DNA of 63,497 nt, counting the filler, from Aduncisulcus paluster (Eukaryota), in the NCBI GenBank assembly GCA_024181965.1. It is 14 parts of 14 records of this genome, joined end to end, with 100 filler letters (N's around TTAATTAATTAA, not from the genome) between each part and the next. Parts side by side here need not be neighbours in the genome. Positions count along the whole stretch, not along the records: positions 1 to 31,051 come from BQXS01007716.1; 13 more parts are not named here. One strand, given 5' to 3'. The position numbers and the translations under genes are program-made. The notes under the pieces were generated by a model. It had not been told where the DNA came from, did no database searches, and was given only the letters and a program-made list of their open reading frames with translations. The number at the start of each line of letters is the position of its first letter. Positions within the stretch are counted from its first letter, which is position 1. Positions 1 through 11,143 of this stretch are shown piece after piece.

Positions 1-1
1 C

Positions 2-262
2 CCACGCTCCCTATTCTCATCCTCTCTTCTCAAAGACGCCATTTCCAAGAGTGACTTGACGATTGCTGTTCTTCATACAAACGCTCGCAAGACATGTGAT
101 AAATGGTTTGTCAGGCATATAGCTCCCCATGTATGTATGGAGACACGGCAGCGCGTCCGGATGTACACCGAGCGTGCCATCTCCCGTGGGTATGTCACAA
201 GGGATAAGAGAGAGTGGCTTGAATCTACGTGGACTGTGTATGATCTCAAACAACACAAATAG
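2..262 (+). CDS. 3' end of a hypothetical protein, 5'-truncated by the window edge
   Basis: Frame is open from base 2 to TAG at 260-262 and is followed by AT-rich intergenic DNA. No recognisable motif. Confidence 0.4.
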   Translation, partial: PRSLFSSSLLKDAISKSDLTIAVLHTNARKTCDKWFVRHIAPHVCMETRQRVRMYTERAISRGYVTRDKREWLESTWTVYDLKQHK

Positions 263-836
263 AATGTAAACAGAGTGAGATAGAATAGAGGCGAATCCAT
301 CCCATTGTTGTTGTCTTTGAAGGAGAAAACTTATAATATCCCTCACTTAACTCTTCATCGATTGCTGTTGACATCTTCTCATGATATTGTTATTTGAGGA
401 TCAAAACGGGAATATTTTGAATTATTGCGGGACGATCAACGAGTGTAAAATGTGTGTGTTTAAGTGATTTACCTATTCAAAGTGGCTTCATTTATGTCAA
501 ACTATCCAATAAACAAATGGTCATCTACACGTCCAATCTTTAAAGAAATGGCAAAAATGCCGAGCAAAAATATTTAAAGGCGATATTTGGAATTTTTTTT
601 GGACCATAATAAGTATAGATTATGATTAGATGCCATCTGATTTATTCTTGATCAGAAATTCTCGCAAATAAATAGAATTTTTCATGAAAAGAATAATAAA
701 TTGGTAGAAAAAAATAAATATTTGAAAAATTTTCCACATTAATATGCTTTACACCACAATGGCCACGATCCAAAAATAGACGCAACCAGACACATCTTTT
801 GTTTCTTGTTTTGCAATACATAATCAAAGAATAACT

Positions 837-1572
837 ATGGCTGAAGCTGAGAATGTCTATAAGTTGGTGATTGTTGGATCCGGAGCTGTTGGTAAATCAG
901 CTATTGTATGTTTTTCCAATTTTTTCTATTTCCCGTATTTTTTGGTAAATACTCTGTTTTAGATGATAATCGGTTTATATTCTTACTTCTACCTTTCTAA
1001 ATCTTCACAAATTCATCATTTTTTCTGAAAATGTTGTTGATATTATGAAAAATGATTTGGTCTCTTCATTCTACTTCTAGACCATGAGGTTCGTCTCTGA
1101 CACCTACAAGAAGAAATACGATCCTACTGTTGAGGATTTCTACAAGAAGAATGTTGAAGTCGGTGGTATTGCTGGTGTTGCCGAGATTCTTGATACTGCT
1201 GGTCAGGATGAATTCAGTGCTTTGAGAGACTCCTACCTCAAGGAAGGCCGTGGTTTTATCATTGTTTACGCCATTAACTCTGCTCCTTCTTTCGATGCTT
1301 GTCAGGATTTGTATAATGTTGTCTGCAAGGTCAAACAAACCAAAACTGTTCCCATAATCCTTGTCGGTAACAAGATGGATCTTGAGGATGATCGTCTCGT
1401 CAGTAAGGAAGATGGTGAGAAGAAGGCTGAAGAATTTGGATGTGATTTTATGGAGACTTCCGCCAAGACTGGTGAAAATGTTAACCAAGTTTTTGACATT
1501 CTTCTCAACAAGGTTAAAATTGATATGGAAGCTAGCAGAAAGAAGAAGCGTAGGATTTGCACCATTTTGTAA
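837..1572 (+). CDS. Ras/Rap-family small GTPase, 2 exons (837-905, 1081-1572)
   Basis: Exon 1 reads MAEAENVYKLVIVGSGAVGKSAI (P-loop). Phase-0 intron 906-1080 (GTATGT...TAG). Exon 2 has YDPTVED, DTAGQ, NKMD, ETSAK and a polybasic tail plus CTIL CAAX box. Confidence 0.95.
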
Positions 1573-1897
1573 GTGTCTACGTAACTGTGTATAAGTAAAT
1601 CTAATCATTTTGAATGTATTTATCGTTATCACTTCGGCTTTCATTTTCATACCTAATGGAACTGATTGTGTGCATAATTCCACGTTTATTCAAATAATAT
1701 TAATTGAATAAACGCTCTTTGTTGCATAACAATTGAAAAATGAGTTTTCTATCTCTAGACCAAAATAGCAGAATAAATGGTGATTTTAAATGAAAATTTT
1801 TAATGACAAATAGTAATATCTTGTTGATATATGTTTAAATAATGATATCAATGGCAAAACTATCTTCCATAGTTTTTTTTCCGTTTTGTCCAATTCC

Positions 1898-3351
1898 ATG
1901 AGTCTATTTGGTTCTTCTAGTGGTGGCGGCCTTTTTGGAGGTTCTAACGCCGAGAAAAAAGATACTTCTAGTTCCTTATTTGGGAGTGCCTCTGGTAAAA
2001 GAGAATCATCCGGTAGTGGATTATTTGGAGGTTCTTCTGATAAGAAAGAAGATTCATCAGGTTCCTTATTTGGGGGTGAATCTGGTAAAACAGATTCTTC
2101 ATCAGGTGGTGGACTGTTTGGGGGTTCTTCTGATCCGAGAGAAGATAAAAAAGAGTCATCTGGTTCCCTATTTGGTGGAAGTTCCGATAAAAAAGAATCT
2201 TCCGGTGGAAGTTTGTTTGGTGGTTCTGACGATAAGAAGAAAGAAGATAAGAAGGATTCATCCAGTTCCTTGTTTGGCGGAAGTACTGAGAAGAAAGAGT
2301 CTTCAAGTGGAAGTTTATTTGGCGGTTCTGATGATAAAAAGGAATCGTCATCAGGCGGAAGTCTTTTCGGAGGCTCCTCTGATAAAAAAGACGATAAAAA
2401 AGATACATCAAGTTCATCCAGTTCCCTATTTGGTGGAAGTTCCGATAAAAAAGAATCTTCCGGTGGAAGTCTTTTTGGAGAATCTGATGATACGAAGAAA
2501 GAAGATAAGAAGGATTCATCCAGTTCCTTGTTTGGCGGAAGTTCTGAAAAGAAAGAGTCTTCAAGTGGAAGTTTATTTGGTGGATCCGATGAAAAGAAGG
2601 AAGATAAGAAAGACTCATTGTTTGGATCTGATTCTGAGAAGAAATCGGAGACCCATTCAACCCCTCTCTCCATTTCACTTGAGCATGCTCCCCTTTCCGA
2701 TGTTGTTTCAACTTGGAATGAGGCTTTGAGGTCACATCATCAAAAATTCCAACAAGCTGCGGATCAAATTGCCACCATTGACGAAACTCTTCGTCAGAAT
2801 CAAGAGAAACTGGTCGATGCTGCCGACATCCTTGTGAAAGCAGAAGCGAGTGCCAAGAAGGTCGAACATGAGGTGCGTAAACTCGGAAAGCTCCAAAAAG
2901 AGTTCTTATCCTTTGCTGAGAAATTGGAAGAAAAATTGCAATTGCAATTTTTCTTNNNNNNNNNNNNNNNNNNNNAGCTGCGGATCAAATTGCCACCATT
3001 GACGAAACTCTTCGTCAGAATCAAGAGAAACTGGTCGATGCTGCCGACATCCTTGTGAAAGCAGAAGCGAGTGCCAAGAAGGTCGAACATGAGGTGCGTA
3101 AACTCGGAAAGCTCCAAAAAGAGTTCTTATCCTTTGCTGAGAAATTGGAAGAAAAATTGCAATTACCTGGCAAAGAGAAAGTATCCTTGCTCGATGATCT
3201 CGCTGCCATTGAGAAACGGATAATTGCCAATGAATATGCCTTGAAAGAGTTAGAAAAAGAGCAAGGGGAAGGTCAAGATACTCAAGTTGCCATTGAAGCA
3301 CAAGGTAAAGTGTTGGATTGGATCGTCAAGACATGCACAAACATGAAATAA
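1898..3351 (+). CDS. NUP62: FG nucleoporin, Nup62/Nsp1-like (about 410 aa after removing the assembly duplication)
   Basis: Many S/GLFG(G) repeats, then an Nsp1_C-like coiled coil (LSDVVSTWNEAL...FQQAADQIATIDETLRQNQEKL). Sequence after the gap (from 2976) repeats that from 2755; collapsing the 221-nt offset gives one frame to TAA 3351. Confidence 0.85.
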
Positions 3352-4033
3352 GTATGATTATATCTAATTCATAGTACTCATCAGGATATCATATGAATTT
3401 GGTGATTCTTTCACTGAATATTAAATATTTACTGAATCGCTAAATTGTTTGACCGTTAATCTTTTACCAAATATAGTTTTTGATCTTCGAGTTGGTTGAA
3501 CTTCTTGTTGCGGTAGTTCATCAGGTGAACTTTTCTTGGTTTAAACTAGAAATAATAATGTCTATCATTTCCATAAGACAATAAAAATAACAAGACTTTA
3601 TGCAGCGTTAAATCCAACTCTTCGGAGTAATTTCGCGTCCTGATTTAACCGACAGTGTTAATCAAACTTTCAAAGTTTGATTTCAAATCAGCTAAGGCCC
3701 TTAGCTAAGCCGGGCTTTCAAAGCCAAACTAAGTGACTTAGTTTTAAACCAAAACCTGAAGTTTTTCTGAAAGAAAAATTTATATATCAAAAATTTACTC
3801 ATCAAAAGGAAGTTTTTGTATATTTCTGTTCGCACAAGAGCAGATTTTTCCGTCATATAAGTAAATTCATATACTCCTCAGCCTTTCCTTCGTTTTAACA
3901 AGTTGGATATTTACTGTATGTCATATTTTTTATTAAATATATACTAAAACATATTTTAATTGTTGTCGCCCAATTATTCTCATGATATTGTCTCTTAGAT
4001 TTTTGATACTCTTATCAACTTGATACATTTGAA

Positions 4034-6721
4034 ATGAGTTCATCCACAAAAAGTATTCAAGGGCAAATCGTGAGGGCTAAGTTTATTCATGAAGGATATT
4101 TGGAACGCTGTCCAATTCGTCGAGATGCCCCCAATGTTATAGAATTCTCATACATCACTGCGGGAGATTATGATGCATCGATTGAGGCAAATAAGATCAT
4201 GAAAGGAGAAGAACCGGATTCTTGTCCGACCTATACCTTTTCTCAAATTTCCATTCCGTTCTCTTTTTCTTCCTCTATCAAAGGTGCTTATATTTTAATA
4301 TATTATCGATCCTATCCTCTCCCTCCAACACATCTTACCTTTACCTTTTCTTCCTCAAAGGGTGAGAAAATTTCCAAGATATTCGAATTTCCTGAATATT
4401 GGAGTGACGATAAATTGGAATACAAAAGGCTGATGCCTGTTGCTGGCTACATTTTAAGGGGTCCAAATTGGTTCTTCCTTCCTATTGATATCTCTGATGT
4501 TGAAGAGTGTGAGATTACAGGATCTGCGTTGAAACGATTTTCAATCACCTCACTCGTTTTCTTTCGAAAAAAAACTCATAAAGAAATTCTGGCTCTTAAA
4601 GCCAGAGCAATTCAACGCCATTTTGCTTCAATTGTGAAACCAAAGTTTGTTCATGAAGGAGATTGGAAGTCTCGAGGTAGAGATTCTATTCCCATTGCAC
4701 GTGATGATCCGACGCTTGTAGATCCTTCATTCTCAATGGTTAAGTGCAAAAATGCTTCAGTGAGTAAGGAATCTGAGTATTATGATATGAGTTCAAATGC
4801 AAAAAAAATGTTAAAAGGGGAATGTAGTGTTTGCTTATCCCATCTTTCCATCCCTTTCCCATCACCTAGTCCTTTGAAAGGTGCTTATATCTGTGTCGAT
4901 GCGTATTATGGTTCACCCTCTCTTCTCTTTACTTTCACTGATTCTGATGGTAAGAAGACATCCAAGAAGTATGAATTTACACGTCCTAAACATTGTCATG
5001 AATGGCACTTCCTTCCTATTGATTTGTGTAATGTCGTGTTATGTGAGATTGAAGGGAAAGGAAGGTGGTGTAATATGGAAAATCGGTATTTCTACATCAA
5101 TTCCCTAGTTTTCTTTCGAAATGATGAGCTTTCACCGTCTATTCCTCTTCTAACCCCTTCTCCTTCCAGTTTATCCAAGAGAAAGAAGCTTTCAAAACCT
5201 ATTCAGATTGTGGAACCAGAGTTTATCGGTAGAGATGAGTATGATGGTTCTCCAGTTAAATGGGATTCCCCCAATATTCAAAGTGCAGACTTTTCAACTC
5301 TTCAAGCAATAGATGGAACCAGGGCAGAAGGTACAAAGTATTTTCAAAGTGATAATGTACAAAAGATGATGAAAGGAGAGTACCATCAGGGACAATTTAC
5401 ACATATCTCCATACCTTTCTCTTTCTCTTCCCCAATTAAGGGCGCCTATATTTATACAGAGAGTTACTATTCATCCGCACCACGTCTTTTATTTACTTTT
5501 ACCTCATCAAAGGGTGAGATAACACCCAAGAGATATGATTTTCCTGACTCATGGGACCATTGGTATTTCCTTCCTATTGATCTTTCTGATGTTGTTTTGT
5601 GTGAGATTACAGGGAAAGGAAGAGAGTATGAGAATTTTGGAATCAAATCCTTAGTTTTCTTTCGGAAAGAAATAAGTTTAATCTCTCAAAAGGTGAAACC
5701 AGAGTTTTTTTATGAAGGAAATGAATATTGCTGTCCAATTTCTCGAGAAGCTCCAAACGTAAAGAGGGTAGATTTTTCATCTATTGAAGCAGGAGGATTT
5801 GACTGCAATATGAAATTACAGGCACAAAATCTGATGAATGGGGGGAGTATTGTAAGAGAACTTTTCTCTATCTCCATTCCTTTCTCTTCATCTTCCCCAA
5901 TGAAAGGTGCTTATATCTGTCTATCAGGAGATGCATATGATTTACCCCCAGCACATCTCTTCTTCTCTCTTAGATCCTCAAAGGGTGAAAAAACTATAAA
6001 GACATACAAATTTCCAGAATTTAAAGGTCGTAATTGGTATTTCCTTCCCGTTGATCTTTCTGACGTTGTTTTGTGTAGGATTACAGGGAGAGGAAGAGAC
6101 TCCGTGGGTTTTAAAATTGGTTCCCTTGTTTTCATCAGTAGAGAAGGAATTCCTGATTATGAAGCCAAAAAGAAACTCTGGTCTGAAGTTCCAGTTGTGA
6201 AACCAGAGTTTGTAAAGGAAGGAAATAGAGATTCTATTCCCATTCCACGTGATGATCCCAAGCTTGTAGATCCTTTATTCTCAATGGTTAAGGGCTTGGA
6301 TGATTTGTTTAGTAAGAAATCTAAGTGGTATGATCTGAGTTCAAATGCAAAAAAAATGTTAAAAGGGGAATGTAGTGTTTGCTTATCCCATCTTTCCATC
6401 CCTTTCCCATCGCCTAGTCCTTTGAAAGGTGCTTATATCTGTGTGGATAAGGATTTTAGTTCACCCTCTCTTCTCTTCACTTTCACTGATTGTGATGGTA
6501 AGAAGACATCCAAGAAGTATGAATTCACAAGACCTAAACATATATTTGAATGGCACTTCCTTCCTATTGATTTGTATAATGTTGTATTGTGTGAGATTGA
6601 AGGGAAAGGAACGTGGAATAATGAGAAAAGTCGATTATTCTGCATCGAATCCCTAGTTTTTACTGCTATTCCAGAGGAAATCATTGCAGCTGAACGATTA
6701 CCTCAACTTCCATGGAAATAA
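4034..6721 (+). CDS. Intronless 895-aa protein with five copies of a ~150-170-aa orphan domain
   Basis: Recurrent motif HxSIPF...KGAYI...FTFT..G.K..K.YEF...W.FLPIDL..V.LCEI.GKG...F.I.SLVF occurs five times. Confidence 0.85.
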   Translation: MSSSTKSIQGQIVRAKFIHEGYLERCPIRRDAPNVIEFSYITAGDYDASIEANKIMKGEEPDSCPTYTFSQISIPFSFSSSIKGAYILIYYRSYPLPPTHLTFTFSSSKGEKISKIFEFPEYWSDDKLEYKRLMPVAGYILRGPNWFFLPIDISDVEECEITGSALKRFSITSLVFFRKKTHKEILALKARAIQRHFASIVKPKFVHEGDWKSRGRDSIPIARDDPTLVDPSFSMVKCKNASVSKESEYYDMSSNAKKMLKGECSVCLSHLSIPFPSPSPLKGAYICVDAYYGSPSLLFTFTDSDGKKTSKKYEFTRPKHCHEWHFLPIDLCNVVLCEIEGKGRWCNMENRYFYINSLVFFRNDELSPSIPLLTPSPSSLSKRKKLSKPIQIVEPEFIGRDEYDGSPVKWDSPNIQSADFSTLQAIDGTRAEGTKYFQSDNVQKMMKGEYHQGQFTHISIPFSFSSPIKGAYIYTESYYSSAPRLLFTFTSSKGEITPKRYDFPDSWDHWYFLPIDLSDVVLCEITGKGREYENFGIKSLVFFRKEISLISQKVKPEFFYEGNEYCCPISREAPNVKRVDFSSIEAGGFDCNMKLQAQNLMNGGSIVRELFSISIPFSSSSPMKGAYICLSGDAYDLPPAHLFFSLRSSKGEKTIKTYKFPEFKGRNWYFLPVDLSDVVLCRITGRGRDSVGFKIGSLVFISREGIPDYEAKKKLWSEVPVVKPEFVKEGNRDSIPIPRDDPKLVDPLFSMVKGLDDLFSKKSKWYDLSSNAKKMLKGECSVCLSHLSIPFPSPSPLKGAYICVDKDFSSPSLLFTFTDCDGKKTSKKYEFTRPKHIFEWHFLPIDLYNVVLCEIEGKGTWNNEKSRLFCIESLVFTAIPEEIIAAERLPQLPWK

Positions 6722-7062
6722 TCGAGATTTTAAAAAGAGTTCTCTTCAAATAGTATCGTTAAACTGAATCCAAATTGGATTTTGGTCTGTAATGTCAACA
6801 TGAACCAAGAAAAGAAACTCTGAAAGAGAACCTGTAAAGTTTACAGTGTAAACAATAGCCGAATTTATTCGTAAAGAATGTAGTCAAACGACAGTATAAT
6901 ATAGGAACAATGTCATGTCATTTCATAATGAAATTCATTTGGAAACAATTCAATGAGAAACTCATAAACAAGAGCAACCAAAAAAAGGGCGTGAAATAAA
7001 TCAAAATAAAATGTTTAGATCTAAGTTATTTGCTCCATAATAACTTCACTTATCCTGGAATT

Positions 7063-10000
7063 CTACTTCACCTTTTGGGGATCATTGTCACACCCTTTCA
7101 TTCTAAATTTAGCTACAATACCCATCGACATCAACTCTTGGAATAGCAGTTTGGCAGCATATGGAATTCTAAGAACTCTGACGTGAGCAGAGGTCTTGCA
7201 TAGATCACAGCTTTGTTGGACAGCATCGACCTTCACATCTGGCTTGACAGATCCCCTTGAAATGATATATCCACATTTTGAACAGACAAGAACAGCAAAC
7301 CTATCAGAGTTGAAATAGAAACGATCACGCATGAAGGCAGCAGCTCCATGGGAAATGATACAATCACGCTCCATTTCTCCAAAACGAAGACCACCTCCTT
7401 TGGCTCTTCCTTGGAAAGGTTGTCTAGTGAGTGCAGCAGTCTTACCAGTGGCTCTGGCAAATGTCTTGTCACGGACCATATGCTTCAAACGCTGATAATA
7501 GGTTGGCCCAATGAATAGTCTAGCATCCAATAGCTGTCCAGTCATTCCATTGAACAGGGCTTCATTGCCGTACTTCTGGAATCCAGCTGCATGAAGTTGT
7601 TCACAGATCTTATCCACAGTACTTTCGTTGACAAAAGGCGTTCCATCTCCCTCATCACCGATCAAGGCACATGTCTTTCCCAATAAACACTCAATCAACT
7701 GTCCAATGGTCATACGGGATGGTATAGCGTGAGGATTCATGATAATATCGGGGCTAATTCCATCACATGTGAAAGGAAGATCCTCTTGACGATAGAGCAT
7801 TCCACAGGTACCTTTCTGTCCGTGCCTTGATGAAAACTTGTCTCCAACCTCAGGAATTCTTTCACATCTCACTCTGACCTTCACAAACGGACACTTATCA
7901 CTGTTCATCGTCAGCACAACCTGATCTACGCGTCCCTTATCCATCTGTTTCATACGAACACTGCAATCACGATTAGTTTGTGCAACGGCAGCCTCTTCGC
8001 CAGTCCGAGATATCATGGGTTCAGTCTTACCGATGATGACATTACCACCATACACATGCATACCGGGACTTACGAGTCCATCATCATCCAGACAGTGATA
8101 CTCTGTCTTGCTGTGTTCAAGGTGTCGCCCTCCGCGAATAGAATCAATGTTTTTCAAGGGATTTTCAAACCTGGCTTTGGCTTCACGGTCTGTCTGAAGA
8201 CGTTTGAGAGTCTCACGGTAAGTATGAAAAACAACAGAACGGAACAGACCACGATCAACACTGTATTGGTTGAGGATCAGTGAATCTTCCTGGTTATACC
8301 CTCCATAGCAAGCAATGGCAACGACGGCATTTTGACCGGCCGGAAGTTGATCAAACTTGACATACTTCAGAGCCTTTGTCACAACGAGGGGTTTCTGGGG
8401 ATAGTATAGAACGTTGGCAGTTGTGTCATATCTTTGGTGGAAGTTAGTGGCATACACACCCATGGCCTGCTTTCCCATAGCGCACTGGTAGGTGTTCCTA
8501 GGACTCTGATTATGGTCGGGGAAAGGAATGATTGATGCCAGAGCTCCCAGGATCATGGCTGGATGAATTTCAGCATGGGTATAGCAAGGGAGAGGTTTGT
8601 AGTTCTTGTGACTGGGTTGGAGAGCAGCAGCATCATTGGCATCATAAATATCCTTAACATCGAAGGCAAGCATGGCAACCTCTTCCTCCTCGGCATCAAT
8701 AAACTCAAGAACGGCCTCGCGTTTCATTCCTTCGGTGGAAACAACGGCCGAGGCATCGTACCGGGGAACAAGCAGATTCCAAATATCTTCAGATTTATAC
8801 AATTTCACCCATTCCCGGAGCTGGCGACTCTTGATCCGGATGTCAAGACAGTTGCGATCCTCATCCCTGTCAACAATAAACACGGGATGCATAATACGAC
8901 CAGGATCAGTTGAGATACGCAATTCTCTGTTCATCCGATCGTACACAATACTCACTTCCATGGGGATTGTTCCGGAACGTCTACACTGAATCAGTTTCTG
9001 AGCAACATCGATAGCCTCATCATCATCTCCAAACAAGGCATCTTCGTCCTCCTCATCTTCAGAGAAATCATCCCTAAACTCCTCGTCTTTCTGTGAAGAG
9101 AGAGCTTTGGCCTCTGGATTTGTATACACACCAACAAGTTCACCATCAAGTAAGACACAGACATTCGAAGGGTAAAAAAGAGCATGTGGACTGATATCTT
9201 GAATATCCTGGACCTCCATTTGGGTAAGGGTTTCTTTCACCGAGGAACGATCACACCCTCCGCTAATGTAACTCATGAGGGCCATATTCTTCACAATACC
9301 AATGTTTCCTCCTTCTGGAGTCTCACTGGGACACATCTTACCCCAACTTGTAGCATGCAGATAATGAGGAGTCTTCATCTTGGCCCCCACAGCGGATGTC
9401 ACACTCACACGCCTCAGATGGGACAGAGCAGCGGCATAAGTAAGCCTATCAAGCACCTGGGAGAGACCAACACGGTTACCAAGCCTTCCATCGGCATTGA
9501 AATTCCCAGTAGCGAGAGCCTTTCTCATTGTGTTACTGACATCCTCATAGAAGACAGTGCGAATAGCATTCAACAGAAACTCGGGGGAAAAATCAACAGT
9601 GTTTGTGCGTCCTCTTGCACCTCTCCTTGCACTCTTCCGGGCATTCCTTGCTTCTCTCTTCAATGTGGCCTTCAGATATGACCTAAACCCAGCTTGTTTG
9701 GCGTAGAATTTCTGTCTAAACAGATCACCCAAGAGTTCTCCGGCAAGAACAAGACGTTTGTTGGCATAGTGATCTCTGTCATCCAATCTTCTCCTTCCTA
9801 GAACAGCTTCAAGAGTTTTGTGAACAACATATCCCAGAAACTTGGCTTTACGCTCTCTATCTTCAACCCTTACACCCATGTGAGGGAGAAACTCACGCTG
9901 GAGAATGCTTTCTCTGACACGGGCAACACGCTCGAGCTTGGGGCGTCCCATCGTATCAATATGCCGTCTTCCAATGAACTCGGCAGCATCAGCTTCAGTG

Positions 10001-10953
10001 GTAACATCGTCAAGATCCTTGAGAGAGGGCAACAAGAGTTGAACCATTTGAGGGTCCGCTTGGTAATCACCAACACACAGTTTGATAATATCTCCATCAT
10101 TACAAATACCAAGGGCTCTAAACAAAATACAGATTGGAATATCCTTGATTTTAGATCCAATATCAACCAAAAGAGCACCATTGGGGTGAGAATATTGCAT
10201 CTGATTCGATGGCTTGCTTCTACGAGCCAATCTTCGAATAATTATACTAGCTGTTGTGATAGCTCCAAGAGCTCTGTGACATTTCACCTCAGTACGGTGA
10301 GAGTATTGCTGTTCGTGATCTTCAACAACAAAAACGTGATTAGGACGCATTTTCTCACTTCCTACAACAACTTTTTCTCCTCCTTCAACAACGAAATATC
10401 CACCTTGGTCAAAAAGGCATTCTTGATGCTCAGAGACATCTGCAGCACCTGAGGAGTATAAATCACTCTGGCTGAGATTACAAAGAGAAGAACGCAACAT
10501 AACGGGTATTCTTACAAGATCGGCTTTAACAGTGTACTCAAGGAAGGGTTTTTCATCGTCAATATACTTGATTTTATGACCATCTGCATCTACAGTAATA
10601 TTATATATCCTCATGGTCATATCCGCACTAATATCAGTTGCATAAGTCAAATTTCTGATACGACACTCATTCGGGAACAATAATCTCTTATCTAAGCTCG
10701 GTCTAGATGGCGAAATATTATCGAATGAAAAAGTGAAGCGAACTAAATCATTTGATGTCTCTTTTGATTGAAGTGAGATTCCATTTGGAACTTTCCATGT
10801 AAATTGCATGTCAACGGATTTTAAATAGGCGGGGAGAGCTTTATGCAAAAAATTATCAAAGGAAGATATTTGAGCCGCAACTAGGGGGTGAGTTGCAAAA
10901 AATACACTACAGATCTTCCAGATATCATCCTCATCTAATCTGTCTTTGTCCAT
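7063..10953 (-). CDS. RPB2: RNA polymerase II second-largest subunit
   Basis: [96 protein letters not shown]. First ATG is at 10953. Confidence 0.96.
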   Translation of the reverse strand: MDKDRLDEDDIWKICSVFFATHPLVAAQISSFDNFLHKALPAYLKSVDMQFTWKVPNGISLQSKETSNDLVRFTFSFDNISPSRPSLDKRLLFPNECRIRNLTYATDISADMTMRIYNITVDADGHKIKYIDDEKPFLEYTVKADLVRIPVMLRSSLCNLSQSDLYSSGAADVSEHQECLFDQGGYFVVEGGEKVVVGSEKMRPNHVFVVEDHEQQYSHRTEVKCHRALGAITTASIIIRRLARRSKPSNQMQYSHPNGALLVDIGSKIKDIPICILFRALGICNDGDIIKLCVGDYQADPQMVQLLLPSLKDLDDVTTEADAAEFIGRRHIDTMGRPKLERVARVRESILQREFLPHMGVRVEDRERKAKFLGYVVHKTLEAVLGRRRLDDRDHYANKRLVLAGELLGDLFRQKFYAKQAGFRSYLKATLKREARNARKSARRGARGRTNTVDFSPEFLLNAIRTVFYEDVSNTMRKALATGNFNADGRLGNRVGLSQVLDRLTYAAALSHLRRVSVTSAVGAKMKTPHYLHATSWGKMCPSETPEGGNIGIVKNMALMSYISGGCDRSSVKETLTQMEVQDIQDISPHALFYPSNVCVLLDGELVGVYTNPEAKALSSQKDEEFRDDFSEDEEDEDALFGDDDEAIDVAQKLIQCRRSGTIPMEVSIVYDRMNRELRISTDPGRIMHPVFIVDRDEDRNCLDIRIKSRQLREWVKLYKSEDIWNLLVPRYDASAVVSTEGMKREAVLEFIDAEEEEVAMLAFDVKDIYDANDAAALQPSHKNYKPLPCYTHAEIHPAMILGALASIIPFPDHNQSPRNTYQCAMGKQAMGVYATNFHQRYDTTANVLYYPQKPLVVTKALKYVKFDQLPAGQNAVVAIACYGGYNQEDSLILNQYSVDRGLFRSVVFHTYRETLKRLQTDREAKARFENPLKNIDSIRGGRHLEHSKTEYHCLDDDGLVSPGMHVYGGNVIIGKTEPMISRTGEEAAVAQTNRDCSVRMKQMDKGRVDQVVLTMNSDKCPFVKVRVRCERIPEVGDKFSSRHGQKGTCGMLYRQEDLPFTCDGISPDIIMNPHAIPSRMTIGQLIECLLGKTCALIGDEGDGTPFVNESTVDKICEQLHAAGFQKYGNEALFNGMTGQLLDARLFIGPTYYQRLKHMVRDKTFARATGKTAALTRQPFQGRAKGGGLRFGEMERDCIISHGAAAFMRDRFYFNSDRFAVLVCSKCGYIISRGSVKPDVKVDAVQQSCDLCKTSAHVRVLRIPYAAKLLFQELMSMGIVAKFRMKGCDNDPQKVK

Positions 10954-11143
10954 TTTTTGCGATACCAACACAAAAACAACAAAATCAATCGAAATTGGAT
11001 CTTGGCTTGAAAGAAAGAAAAGGAATAACAGTAATGAAGTTAAAAGGTATAAATATACATAGAAAAATAAATTAAGTGAAATAAATCGATATTCTTTAAT
11101 TACATGAGTAGGTGATTTTTTTCAAATTGCATTTTGCTCGAGC

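Noticed and set aside
1066-2735. Long antisense and alternate-frame ORFs over Ras and Nup62, and similar ones over the polymerases, dynein, rsr and pckA
   Set aside because: Shadows of codon bias, repeats or high GC on well-supported genes, with no independent motifs.
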